Shown here: one piece after another, positions 12,364 through 25,479 of the stretch
Layout: every line of letters begins with the position of its first letter
How positions within the stretch are numbered: the first letter of the stretch is position 1
NCBI GenBank assembly: GCA_008632985.1
Contig: QPGO01000013.1
Location: 558,001 to 622,000, forward strand
DNA length: 64,000 bases
Origin: Psammoneis japonica
Taxonomy: Eukaryota
Direction of reading: 5' to 3'
Position numbers and translations under genes: made by a program
Notes under the pieces: generated by a model
The model's input: only the letters and a program-made list of their open reading frames with translations
What the model was told of the DNA's origin: nothing
The model's database searches: none

Positions 12364-14952
12364 TGTCCACACCCCTCCACTGTTGAAAGTGAAGATGAAC
12401 ATCAGAGCTCACAACATTGCTGGAAATTGACAAGGCATGCACTGCCAGTCAGGTGCAATTGCTCCCCCCAGCTCTTCCACCATGCAGCTCTTGCAGCAAC
12501 ATTGTTTGTTGGTGGTGGAGCTTCCCTGGGACCCCAGATGTGTGTTGTCACCCCAGGTGAAATGAGGCACACACATCCTTCTCCTGGGATCAGATTGTGT
12601 TGTCCTCTTTGCCCATCTTCCATTGACATGCATTTTGTGCAACAGCAAATCTGATGTGAATTTTGCCCCAATTTGTCATTGCATCTTTCACCAGATTTGT
12701 TCATTTTTGAAGATGGTCCACAATCTGTGTGCACTGGAGGAGGGTGTGCACAAGAACACAGCAATTTTGACATGGCCAGTGCAAAGCTCATGGACAACTG
12801 TGCATGATTGTTTCACATTTGAGAAAGCATTTTGCTGTGTCTTTCATTGCACCTGACTGCTTTTGAAAGAATGCCCATGATCTTCATCTCATGTGAAGAC
12901 ACCCCATGCAAAGAGAGTGGCAGAACTCTCTGGCTCTGATTTTTTTTTAAGAAAAAAAAACAAGAGAAATCTGTCTCATGCATGTGTTTGTTGTGCATCA
13001 CTGGCTGTCTCAAAGATTGGCTGATTTGCTGACGTGCATGCACAAGAGTCTTGAGTTGTTGATCACATGCACTGGTGGCAACACAGCAGTGCCATCAAAG
13101 TTTGACAGAAGTGGGTCAATTTGAGTCATTTGAAAGGCAGAGGCAACAACGCAGTGTCTTCAAAATTTCAGCTCCGGTTCAAGAAAAATGAGTCACACTT
13201 GCACCTGGCTGAGCTTCTCAATTGTCACCACACACAATCACAAAGCTGGGCAATGTTGCTCTTCTGTTCACACCAAAATTTGGCAAGTTGGTGCACTTCC
13301 CCATCAAAGCAAAAGCATCATCCACAGTGACTTTAAAGCAGTTTAAAAAGCCAGCTTGTCTTGAGAGGTGAGCATTGTGAAAAGCCCCACTGCACAGCCA
13401 AAGGGAGAGAAAAGGACACAAATGCCATGAGTGGAAAAGCTTGACAAAAGGCCTCACAAGCCAAAAAATCAATGTTGCTCCAAAAACACCATTGGGCTGA
13501 TTGCAGTCTTGTTTGCACTCTTGCTCCCACATCCCAGACATTCATTGGTTCCCAAATGCAGACAAGGTCATGGCAACTGCATGGCACTGTTTCTGGTGTG
13601 TGGTTTGCAATGCAGAGCATGAAAAAATGTCTTTGTTTTTTGGCTCAATTTTCTTGCATGGGTTTGGTGCCAAGTGTGCATCACATGCACAAGTGCACAG
13701 AAAACCTGATGATTTGTCATCCAAAAGTTTCTCACCTGGCATGAAAACATGCTCCCGCTTCAAGAGGCACACCTCTTTTGCTGTGTTGGCTCTCCCGTGA
13801 ATTGAAGAGTGCATCAAAGAAACAAGTGTGATTCCAGATCAGACGCATGACAACAAATTGAGTGGCAAGTGCAGGCACAGCTCTTGTGTGAAAACTGTTG
13901 CATGCCAGCAAAATGGGGTGGCTGTGGCAAAGTCAACTCAGGATCTTTGCTGTCTGCCAACAAGGTTGCTCAGCATTGTGACTCCACATGACCAGGATGT
14001 TGCACCCATTGCACCAACATGTCCTCTCTAAAGTGGTGGAAGATTGGGGTCATGTCCTGTGGTCTCCTTGCAACAACAGCTGGTTCCAGACTTTTCTGCC
14101 AGACCTTTGGAGCTTGCCAAACAACTTTTAGTTGCTGTGGCTGTTGAAAGAAAGACTTTCTTCTCTCTGGGATTAAAAAAGTGGTTTTTGATGACAAAGT
14201 GCTGCTCACCCACTGTTTGTCACCTGGCCTCTCAGGCACATTGAACAAAAAACAAACAAGAAGTGATGGCTGGACAAACAACAACAACAAGCACTGACCT
14301 CTGTGGCTTTTGATGGGAGTCCAAAAGAGCTGCCCTTCTTTTGGTGACACCTTTGCATTCTCTCCTTTGGTGCACCCTCAAAGAAACAACCAAAAATCAT
14401 CCCTGCTCCTCACCAAACCAACTGAGTTTCACTCCCAGATGTCTCGCAGCAAATCTTTCTCATCTTGGAGTGAGGTTTCTGGGTCTTTTGGAAGCAAGGG
14501 ATGCAACAATTTAAATTGAAAATGCTCTGTTCTGGAGAGAGTTGTGGATTTTTGTTTTCTTGCCAACAAAAGGGAGAGGACACACACACAAACACGCTGA
14601 CAAATTTTCTTGGCATCATCACAGAATTGTGCTTTTCTGCTGTTTGAGCTTGCTGCCATTGTGTTTTTGTGCTTGCGCAACTCAAAACACCACAGTGGCA
14701 CAGGTTGCTGTGCAAGTGTCTTGCGGTGCATGTTTTGTTCTTCTTGTTTTGGGCTGCAGCTGCAAGAAGTTCTGGTTGGCAGCATCAAAAAGCAAAGATT
14801 TTTTTGGTGCTAGAGAGCAGCTTTGTGAATGATTTGTTTTGCACTTTTGCATTTTCTCACATTCAAAAAGTGCTGCACAAGCAGTGTGAGAAGGGTTGAC
14901 AAAGAAGCAAAAATGGCACATTTGTGTCTAGCGGTGAGTTGAAAAAAGAGAG

Positions 14953-14978
14953 GAGAGAGAGAGAGAGAGAGAGAGAGA
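14953..14978. repeat. (GA)n microsatellite
   Basis: Directly visible, about 13 units. Confidence 0.9.
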
Positions 14979-15602
14979 CGTGTTTTTTCACAAACAACTG
15001 TGCAGTGCATGAGCAGCAAGCAGCAACAGACTCTTTTGACTGCTGGTGCTGGGAGAAACAATGCCCAATGTTTTGCCTTTCCAGCATCTGCCCAGGGAGG
15101 AAAAGACAGGAAGAGACACAGGGGGCAAGGAGGAGTCAGAAGGGTCAGCTGGCTGTTGCCATCAGCCATGATTGGAGAAGAAGCAACAAAAACCAGGCCA
15201 GAGAAGCAGCAAGGTAGTGTCAGCAAGCAATGGGTGCCCCCAGAAGGCAGGCATCATAAACATGGAGAAGTGGAGAAGGCACCTTGGTGTTGGTTGAAAG
15301 TGGACCATGTGTCAATTTGATTGTGCCCAGTGTGTTTTGAGGTGGTCTGTGCTTCTCTAGACCTGCCGGGTACAAGTAGATCAGGCCAAACTGCATGGCC
15401 AGATTCTGCGAGATGGGACCTGCTATCAGGTTCAGAATGACAGTCGGTCGAAAATTGACTCCGTTCGGTGACAGCATGACTTAGTGTTCTGACTAACAAT
15501 TAGATTGAAAAACTACTAAGATTACTCAGAACACACACAATACAACGGAGCTAGCTAAAGATGTCCTCGGATCGCCCCATGATAGCAAGGTCCACCACAT
15601 GC

Positions 15603-17792
15603 TCAGTGTCCGTTAGCAATTGCGGCGTTTTCAAACACGGGACGGGAGTTAAGGTCGGGAACCGATCCGGCCTTCTTGTAAAACTCAAAAAGGGCCTTAC
15701 CCTTGCTGACCACGTTGTCCTTGCTGAAACCAAAGTGCTTAAAGACTGCGCTACCGCTTCCAGAGAGACCAAAGCTCGTCATACCAATTTGAGCATGGCT
15801 AAACCTATGCCATCCGTGGACAGCTCCAGCCTCCACCGACAAGGTCGGAACGTTGCCTGGCAAGACAGACCGCTGGTAGGACTCGCTTTGCTCCAGAAAG
15901 ATCTCCTGACAGGGCATAGACACAACTTGTGTTGCAATCCCTGAGGCAGATAGCTCCTTTGCTGCTTCTACGCAAATACCCATTTCGCTTCCTGTCCCAA
16001 TCAGAACAAGCGCGGGATCGGACACTTCCACAGCCACGTATGCTCCATGGCTTGCCTTTTCAATCGAAGACGCTTCGATCGCGGGAACACCACTTCGTGA
16101 GCAGCAAATGACCGACGGAGTCGTGGTTTTGGTCAGTGCCATTTTATAGGACGCTGCCGTCTCATTCGAGTCAGCTGGACGGAAAACGTTGATGTTCGGC
16201 ATGGACCTTAAGCTCTCAAGTGTTTCAATCGGCTGATGAGTCGGCCCGTCCTCGCCAAGTCCAATGGAATCATGCGTCATGATGTAAATCACACCAAACC
16301 TCGAGAGCGCCGAGAGACGAATAGCTCCCGCGCAATACCCAACAAAGGTAAGAAAGGTAGCACAGAACGGACGGATACCACCGTACGCAAAGAGCCCATT
16401 GCAAACGGCTGCCATGCCGTGCTCACGGACACCAAACCGGAGGTAGCGACCATCCGGGCTGTCCTTCTGAAAGTCACCAGAGCACGCCAATGCCGTCAAG
16501 TTGGAAGGAGTCAAGTCAGCGCTACCACCAATCAGCTCTGGTAGGTCTGGCGCCAAGGCGTTGAGGCAAAAGTTACTAAACTTTCGAGTCGCCTGGTCCT
16601 TGTCTTTGCCAATCTCAAAGGTAGGTAGTTTTGAAAAGATGCCTTCAGGAAGTTCGTAGTTGAAGCGACGGGTAATCTCTGCCGCCTTGTCAGGATGCGC
16701 CGAAGCGTAATTCGAGTACAGAGCATCCCACTCCTTCTTCTTTGCTTCGCCCTTGGCGGTGCTCTCGGCGTACACATCCTTGACTTCTTGAGAAACGTCA
16801 AAGCTCTTGTCGGGATCAAGTCCGTAAGCTTCCTTGGTTCCACGCAAATCATCCACTCCAAGAGGTGCTCCGTGAGCACCTGCCGTGTTGGCCTTCCCTG
16901 GCGATCCATACCCAATCACAGTGGACACCTTGATGATGGAAGGCTTGTCTGTCACAGCCTTGGCAGCCTCCACAGCGGCACGGAGATCCTTGATGCCATC
17001 TGCGACATCGCCCACTGTCTGAACATGCCATCCGTAGGCTTCGTACCTCTTGGCAACATCTTCCGAGAAACTAAGATTGGTTTCGCCATCAATCGTGATC
17101 TTGTTGTCGTCGTACAACACAATGAGCTTTCCAAGGCCCAAGTGGCCGGCGAGAGAACTCGCCTCGGACGACACGCCCTCCTGCAAACATCCATCTCCAC
17201 AAATCACATAGGTGTAGTGATCAAAGACCTTGTACTCGGGAGTGTTATAGGTGGCTGAAAACTGCTTTTCAGCAATCGCCAAGCCGACAGCGTTCGAAAT
17301 ACCCTGTCCGAGAGGACCGGTGCAGACCTCAACGCCTGGAACATGAGCAATTGAAAGCTTAGCAACATCGTTTCTTGCAAAATTCACAAGCATAACAACA
17401 AATAGCCCCTTCAGAAACACGTACCATCCGTCGCAAACACTTCTGGATGTCCCGGAGTCTTACTTCCAAGCTTACGAAACTGCTTTGAGATCCTCAATCG
17501 TCACGTCATACCCACTCAAATGAAGCATGGTGTACTGAAGAGCACACGCATGGCCGTTGCTCAGGACGAACCGATCGCGATTCATCCACGTGGGGTCGGA
17601 CGCGCTGTAGTTCATGACTTGGTTCCATAGCAAGTGCGCCAAGGGAGCACATCCCATGGGAGCACCGGGATGTCCAGAGTTGGCAGCTTGAGGCTGATCG
17701 GCAGATACAGCACGGATCGTGTTGATGCACTTGAGCTCGAGATCCGAGCCGTCATACGTCTTGGGCTTTTTGGATGGCGGGGCAGATGTCAT
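15603..17792 (-). CDS. TKT: Transketolase, probably cytosolic
   Basis: [52 protein letters not shown]. Intron 17424-17336. One extra base near 17485 breaks the frame in this assembly. No targeting peptide. Confidence 0.95.
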
Positions 17793-18354
17793 GTTTCAAT
17801 GTTTTCGTCTCGTTAAGCAATGGGACTTTGCGGAATGTGTGAGTCGTAGTCTGTAGCCAGCTCGGCTTCAAACTTCCTACTGTACGCGCCTTTGACGTTC
17901 AACTGTTGCGTTTCGGAGATTCACAGCCGAAAGCAAGATGAATGATGCGCAAGCAGCTTGATGGCGGTCACCTGTGACTGGAGAGTTTTGGATTTTCGAT
18001 GTGGTTCAAGAGCCGTGGTATCAGTTTTGCGTAGATTTCTACATGGCGTCTTGGCGCGCATCCATCCGTGAAAAACACCAGCGGCTGAGAATCATAAACT
18101 AGCTTCATGGCTATAGATATCTATTACTAACTGACAGTATCTTTCACGGGCGATGGCAAGACGAATTTTATTTCAACCTTCGGATTTGAATATAATTTTA
18201 ATGAATTTGTTGGCGGGAAAGCAAATTTCCAAATTTCTCACAACGCGCACCGCAACGCTCACTCAACGTTCCTCCCATCACAAAAAACAAAAAAAATTCA
18301 AGGCTCAGCACAAGAACAGAGAAAAGCACTTGGTTCACCCTGACCTCCTTGAAA

Positions 18355-18912
18355 ATGAAACGTTTCAACATTATCGCCTTTCTTTTTCTTTTCGTTCTCG
18401 TAATCTTCCTGTCGATCGGTCTCGTAGCAAAACCGCGCAACAGAAATCTTCGCCGTCGTCGACGAGTCGAAAACACCAATCATCAACGACGTGACCAAGC
18501 GTACGAATACTTTTTCATTTCCAATCATGAAAGTTCCTCTTGTATGGCTCCTGTAGGAACCGAAAATGGTAGTGGCGTTTATCTGGGAGATTGTTCAAGC
18601 AACAATCAGGCCTGGAGGATTGATGAAAATGGTCGTATCCATCCTTATCTAGACGACAGTCTCTGCCTACAAGCCGGACATGGTGGAACGCTCCGCAATG
18701 GCTCCAAGATGAGAGTACACAAATGCGAACATGGTCAAGCTTTACAGAAATTTAACTGGGGTTTTGCCATCACTCCAGAGTCAAGTCCGGATTTGTGTCT
18801 TGTGAGCTCTGGCGCCAAGCGTCGAATCATCAACGAGGATCAAATTATCTTGAAACCCTGCCTGCGAATGGATACGGATCGCCTTTACTGGACCAGAGCT
18901 GTGATTTCGTAA
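18355..18912 (+). CDS. Secreted or membrane-anchored ricin-B (beta-trefoil) lectin-like protein
   Basis: Hydrophobic N-terminus. C...C..NQAW, SLCLQAG, C....LQKF, LCL repeats of QxW type. Confidence 0.7.
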   Translation: MKRFNIIAFLFLFVLVIFLSIGLVAKPRNRNLRRRRRVENTNHQRRDQAYEYFFISNHESSSCMAPVGTENGSGVYLGDCSSNNQAWRIDENGRIHPYLDDSLCLQAGHGGTLRNGSKMRVHKCEHGQALQKFNWGFAITPESSPDLCLVSSGAKRRIINEDQIILKPCLRMDTDRLYWTRAVIS

Positions 18913-19160
18913 CCATGGAAGAGTTAGAGGGACAGAGTGTAGAAACTGTAAACGAAATAGAGTGAATGCTGCTCATGATTGTGAGTCTCGTCCTACGTGG
19001 CGCAATCTTGAACCAGTGAGGCCATAGAATTTCATTTGATTAGTGTTGCTACTCGTGTGTCTCGAGATGATACGTCGATTGGCGATCTTAATTATCTACT
19101 CCTCAAGCGAAGTACCTTCCATCGACAACAAATTATACTCTGTCGTGAATTAAAAGTTCA

Positions 19161-20774
19161 TTATGATTCTTCAATAGTCTCAATCAGAGGTTGGTCTGAG
19201 GATTCGTCAATCAGAGGTTGCTCAGGGGCTTCGTCCAACAAAGGTTGCTGGGACAGGGATATCGCCTCATCCGATGATGCTTCATCATTTGCATGCTGTT
19301 CGGCGAGCCTTCTCCTTTGCCGTCTACTCCACCATCTACCACCTCTGCGTCTGGCTTGTGCCAAGGAGTTAACTACGGATTGATAAGCGTCGTACACGGC
19401 TGATGAGGTATTCCCGTCTTCTTCGTCCGGTCCTCCCTCTTGTACTTCCACAATGTCACCTGCTGCAGAGGAGAAGGACGACTCGTCGTCACTGACTTCC
19501 ACGCGTTCCAAAATGGCCTTACAAAGGGGACACGTTGAAGATCGCTCCGTCAGCCATTTTGTAATACAGGCACTATGAAACCCATGCCCACAAGGTAAAC
19601 TCCGAATTTTGTCGCCTTGTACATAATCGTCAAGGCAAATGGAGCAGTCATCTTGATGAGGAAGCAATACATACGGTGAAGTAGACGCCTGCTGCTCACT
19701 GTCTGACAGAGTGCACGTCAGCGTGTCCCCGTGACCCTCTTTTGCTTCGCTCGCACTCGCCATTAACGACATTAATGAATGGTTCGTATTGGTTCCACTG
19801 TACTCAATCTCAGGAATGAGAGTTTCGACTTCTTCCACCGTCAAACGTCTCCGCGGTGCCCTCGGAGCCCTGTCTCCCGTCTCGACATCTTCATTGAGTC
19901 GATTCACTTGATACGACAAAAGAAAGGAGCAGAGACAAGCACTCAGCATGAGCGACAGTCCCATCCAGAATACAACATTCTTTGCCAGTGGTGTGGCACT
20001 CCTGCCATCCAACAAGATGCGAGGCCCGCCGATAGATTCCACATCCGGAGACGCTGCCGCGTGCAAAAGCTCTGAGGATATGCAACAAGCAAAAAAGTGT
20101 GTAAGACTATTTGTCACCAATCATACAGGTTCATGGAAACAAGAGAAAAAGGCGTGGAAACGCTACATACCCATTCCATTCTTGTGAGACACAAACAAAA
20201 CTTTTATATCTACATCGTTGGACTCCAGGTTTCGCAACAAGGATTCTTCAATACTTTCCTCGTCAAGAACACCGTGTGGATGATGATGGTCAGTTTCATC
20301 AAAAATAATGAGATACCTCACAACACTGGAAGGCAACACATCGAATGCGGCAAATCGAGCCTTGGCAAAATCCGTACACTTGCCCTTGCTTGCCAAGAGC
20401 GCAACTACAACAGCAAAAGAAAACGTGAACGGTAGGAAAAGAGGGAGCTATGAGAAAAGCAGAGTCAACACAAAAAATCATGGACTTGGTTTGAAGCCCT
20501 TGTTACTCACCAGGCAGTCCATCGGAAGGAACCGTCACTGTGAAATTATGCCTTATAGGAGATGGGTTCTCTTCGGGACAGAGTTCCAAGTTTTCTGGAA
20601 AGTACTGCAATCGTGCCATGTACTCAAACCCCATACGAAACCGCGCTCCGATATGTTGTGAGGGATGGGAAATTATGCGTTCTCCCGTTCGACAATTGTG
20701 ATAGTGGCCTCTGTCAGAGCAATCGTCACGAGGACGAGCCATGCAAAGAATTTCCATTTCGGAGCAAACAACAT
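19161..20774 (-). CDS. PA-domain/TM/RING-H2 E3 ubiquitin ligase (RNF13/RMR-like)
   Basis: Signal peptide MLFAPKWKFFAWLVLVTIALTEA, PA-like LASKGKCTDFAKA, a TM helix, and RING-H2 CSICLDDY...LPCGHGFHSACITKWL...CPLC. Has introns and an apparent 1-nt deletion near 20688. Confidence 0.85.
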
Positions 20775-21532
20775 GCTGAGCGCTGAGCGGAACACGCTGG
20801 TATGTTTGTTTTGCTTCTTGAGACGCTTTCTCCTTTCTGAAAAATACTGCTTCTAACAATAAAACTCCTCTTTCTATGTGCTCCGATTAGGATGCTTCTC
20901 GCTTCCACCTTTGTGGTTTAATAAATGCAACACGCAGTTCTTTCAACAACTTCTTGTTCTTTCGGTTGTTATGTTGTGTGGTTTGTTCTTTGTTCGTGCA
21001 CTACAGCACGAGTTGCCGTGCCGGTATTCGTAGAATTCTACGTGAGTCCCGTACTGCCGCGTCACTTCTCTTTTTTCGCGGTGTGAAGTCGTGTCACGAA
21101 AAAATATCCTTTTTCCTCGTATACGAATGTTGGATGAAAACCAGAAACGACCACTACGACTAAAAGCTCAAAGCAAACATTTTGCCTATTAGCCCTATCA
21201 TACGAGTTTTAGTTTTTACAGTGTAGTAGTTGTTGTTGCTACTACTACTCTAGCTAGAGAGAGTAGCTATTCTAGAGAGTAGCTCACAGCCAGTGCGCTG
21301 TGCTGTCCTTATGTCTGCCTACGAAGCTAGCATTGCAAGCGGCTGCTGCTACCGTACTATACTATTTTGTCCCCTGCAAGGTCCACTGGCGGGTGCAATT
21401 CTCCAACCAATCTACGCCATTTACAAATGATGTCTACGCCACACCGGTTGCTATTCTGCGGATGTTCCATTCTCCGCCACGCATTGGAAATATAAACGGA
21501 AGAACGAACACTACGACTGAAAAAATGTTGGA

Positions 21533-24500
21533 TTATTCTGCGTTTCGCTCACACCCTTTCATGGCATCCATTTCCTTTCTGAGATCCTCAAGCTGGCTCT
21601 GCAGCATTTTGACCTCACGCTCTAGCTGCTCCTCCCGATTTCCTGAAAGTTTGTCATTTTTCTGTAATATTTGCAAGCTGGCGCGTCGGTTTTGGAGCGC
21701 CTTTCGGCGGTCTAGAGCCTCTTTCTTATTATTCTCCTCGTCGTCATCTTTGTCCTCGTCTTCCTTTAACATTTCGTCGATTTTGGTCATTTCTCGTTCC
21801 AGGGCATCACCAACAAATCGGACGCGATAGCGTCGCATCCATGGCATCAAGGCTAGTACAAACAAGAGACGCCAACATGAACCGGCGCGAGTGGCAAAGT
21901 CCTGGCGATACTTTAACTGGAGCATGTACATGACGCCAAGTCTCTCGAGATAGGGGTGCCGATGCGCTTCGTGGACTAGCAAGTCTTTACGGAACGCCAC
22001 GGGGTAGGCGTCCAAGTCTGCACGATTTTCAAAAGCAGGTGAGAGTTGGTAAAAAGTAGCATAATGACGCGCAGCAACCTAGCCAGTGGACTTACTGATG
22101 GGTCCAATCATGCCAGCTCCAGGAGCGAGAAAAGGTGTATCCAAGCGGCCTAAATACATTGCTGCTGCAAGCACTAGCTTACATGAACGAACCAGCATGT
22201 ATCCGGCAGAGAGGCCCAGGTTCCAGCACTCCAGAACGACATTCATGTAATTCGCAGGGGCAGGTTTCTTCCTATAGAAACCGGAATAGAATGAAGCCCG
22301 CAAGAGAATGAGAATAATCATCTTCAAGATTACCGTATGGAGGACGCCAATGATCTGCCCGATAAGTGTCAACGCAACGTTGCGAGTTTCCTGTCATATC
22401 GCAAGAATAGAGATCAGATAAGATGCAGACGTTTAGGGAGCCCATTTCCTTCAACAACAAAACAAATTCCAGGCCACTCACATGCCACACGATGAGAAAT
22501 ACAAGTCCGCCAACAATCAAAAAAAGCATTAATGCCGTGAACAGAGCTCCCCAGAACGTGCTTCCAACTAGGAGACTGGTCTGGTCGACTACACGCATCA
22601 GAGAGCACAGCGGAAGCGAAGTGTTAGCGTAAAGCCTCCCATGTTACTGTGCGCCACCATTTACGAGCGCAAAAATGCTCACCAGCGACCCGATGAACCA
22701 AGAATCCTCGACTGCGAAGGCTTGGAATTACACCACTACGAAACTGCAGGACGGTAGAAATAAAGGACGGAATGTATATCACAGAAATAGCGAATGTCCC
22801 TAAAATCCCTGCAATGATTCCAAAAGAAAATGACACTGAAACCCTACGAAACAAAAAACACAATAGGAACGTCAGTGTCGACCACACGCAAGGGCGTTTC
22901 TACCAAAGGCACTGGAAGCTCGAAAGTCCACTTACTCCCATCTGTTCACAAGTGCTTCCTGGTCTTCTGGAGTGCTATCTTCTACAGATTTAACAAGGTC
23001 CTCAATGTATAGGAGGGTAGATGTAAAAGCAAATATCTGGATCAGACAGACAACTAGCTGTGCTGCAACACAGGTCATAAGCCGATTGTGCAGCCAGACG
23101 CCTTCCTCCACAAAGATGGATTTGTTCCATAGCCGCTTCCATCCCCAGAACAAACCACCGACTCGCTCCGTCTGAAGCTCACGCATTTGAAAATTGACAA
23201 GGGCGATACTCTGGTGATTCGTCCGGCTAGTTCTTGCAGCTGCAGAACTGGAGTAGAGAGTGTGAGTGTAATTTTCCAATGCATTCTGAACCATCCGCGC
23301 GACCTTGAATGTTGCAGCCTGTTTGTTGTGACGTTCCATTTTCCGAATGCCGGCTGTGAAGAACACTCCGAGAATCCGCCATTTGCCCTTGAGGCGAGGC
23401 ATGTCAAATATTTCGCCGAAGAGTTGGAGAAGCTGCATAAAAATCAAGAGACAGCCTAGCGCGACTGACAAATAATAAGCCAGCTTGAGGGCGCCTTCGT
23501 CCTTTTCTGTATCAAAGAACGGTGTGCGAACTTCGTATACAAACGGAATGACAGTCAATCCCACCATGGCGGCAATTCCAATCAACAAACTGACAATCTC
23601 CAATCTCTTGGTACGCTTCAGGCTATTCCCGGCGCTGCCCAATACTATGTATGCACTTCCCAAAACGCTGAGTTGGAGAAAGATCACAAGCCAATTAACA
23701 ATGCCATTTGCGACACTGCACCCAAAGGAGTCGCCACAATCGATACGTCCAAAGTTGCTGTCGACATCGGTAAAGTAAGCAAAGTAGGTAACTACAAAGC
23801 AAGCCCATACAGTCACGGTAAATGTCTGCGATCGCACCGTGTCAGCAACAGAATCAATAGACGCTGCCGTGAACATGCGTTGACATGGTTGCTCTACTGC
23901 TTCGGCCGTCGTTGAACTTTGATCCCTGTTGCTTGCAGACGCCTCCACGTCATCCAAATCAGCCATTAGCGATCTCGACGCTTTTTGAGACAAACCCATT
24001 CCTTCATTTCTGATCAATGTCGGACGAAAAATTCCAACGTCTTCAAAATGAGTTGTAGCTTGCGCATCCCAGTTGGTCGAGTAGTGCTGCTTGACATCAG
24101 CCGTGAGAGCATGATGCATTGTTGCAGAATCCAGTAGCACTGGTGTTTCGTTCTGACCACCACTCGCATGCTCAATCATTTGATCTAGCAGCTCGTCGGG
24201 AGCATCGAATTCGCCATAACATTCCAAAATTGATCGCAAAAGGGAACGATTCAGTATTGGCGGATTATCTGTGTCGCCAATGTTCATGCTGCCACTCTGG
24301 TCGTTACTTAGGTTCGACATGCTATCCACATCGTTCATAATGACACTCATGATCTGTTCCATTAAGTCAGCTACATCCTCACTCTTTCCATCAACGTCTT
24401 TGCCCAGCAAATGCGGGATTAACAAAATCGCAACTACTTGGCACAGGTCCATCACGTCGTCGGTTTCTCCTTCAAATCTCCACATAAATTATCCAAAATT

Positions 24501-24780
24501 TCAGTCTGAATCATTTCGAGATCCACATTCAGTCCATGGCGAGACGAAAGATATGTCTGAATATCAACAGCTGTGAAAGTATAAGTAAAGTCATGGAGTG
24601 TAAGAGAATCGAAAACAGCATCACGACAACGACGACGCCATGATTCTCGGCTTTTCACGCACCGTTGATACTCCCATTTATTCGGAGGGATTTCTTCTCG
24701 GTTTGGTGCAAAGCACTAATGTACTCGAGTTCCTTCACATCAGCAGGAGCCCCAAGAGGTCTATCAAAGGCAATTGTCAT
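21533..24780 (-). CDS. Multi-exon multi-pass membrane protein, C-terminus weakly STRA6-like
   Basis: Chain of hydrophobic minus-strand ORFs (22932..24485, 22624..22887, 22272..22598, 22079..22372, 21533..22015) separated by GT-AG introns. Contains YLGRLDTPFL...DAYP..FRKDLL.HEAHRHP. Start is approximate. Confidence 0.6.
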
Positions 24781-25479
24781 GATGTTGGCCGGCACGAAGA
24801 AGAGTGAGCCTGCCAGGCCATGGGGGGGAAGCGACGGAAGAGGCGGAGAAAGAGAAAGAGAGAAGTAGTAGTTGCGTGCTTGTTGCCCCCAAAAAATGTT
24901 CCCGATACGCGGTGGGTAGGGCCCTATTCATACCCTCATTTTTGTAGGGCCCTAATGTTTCCCGGTTCTCGTTCTCGAGCGCGTGCCGAGTGCCGATGCA
25001 GTGTGATGTGATCGCCGGCTGCTCCTACCGGTACTCTCTCGCTAGCTACAGTAGAGAGTAGTAGAGCTAGAGAGTAGAGATACTCTATCTAGAATAAACT
25101 ACTGCCTGCACTACTACTAGGCACCTTCCTATCTGCTACCGGTACTATGTTGCAGTTGATCTGTGAAATAAGGTTCAGCTTTTAATCAAGCTGTACTCTC
25201 TAGCTAAAGAAGTTAATTTGTTTACCAGTAGTCCTGAGCATTAATGAAACCGCCCATCTTTTACGTTGAAATGAATACTCTCGCGGACTAGCGTATGTAA
25301 ATCTTTTCCTCTTCGAGTCGTTCCTTCCTTGCATGCTCAATGAGAGTTTTTGAGTTGTTGAAGCTCACCAACGAAGGCAACTGAGCTGGAGGTCGGAATG
25401 AATCCCTCCTGTTTTACCATAAACGTTATGAGCTCGCTCACTGAAAGATATGATCAACGAGAAAAGTCTAGACAGCCAC

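Larger units (their letters stand above)
6711..15340. other. Large TpA-depleted block containing retrotransposon remnants and unidentified degenerate repeats
   Basis: About 25 TpA in about 8.6 kb by eye, with none between 6711 and 8604. Normal TA content returns abruptly on both sides. Confidence 0.9.

Noticed and set aside
11600..15340. Dozens of Cys/His-rich ORFs as real metal-binding genes
   Set aside because: They occur in all six frames, lack Tyr and show no recognisable motifs. They are explained by loss of TAA/TAG and by CA/TG enrichment.
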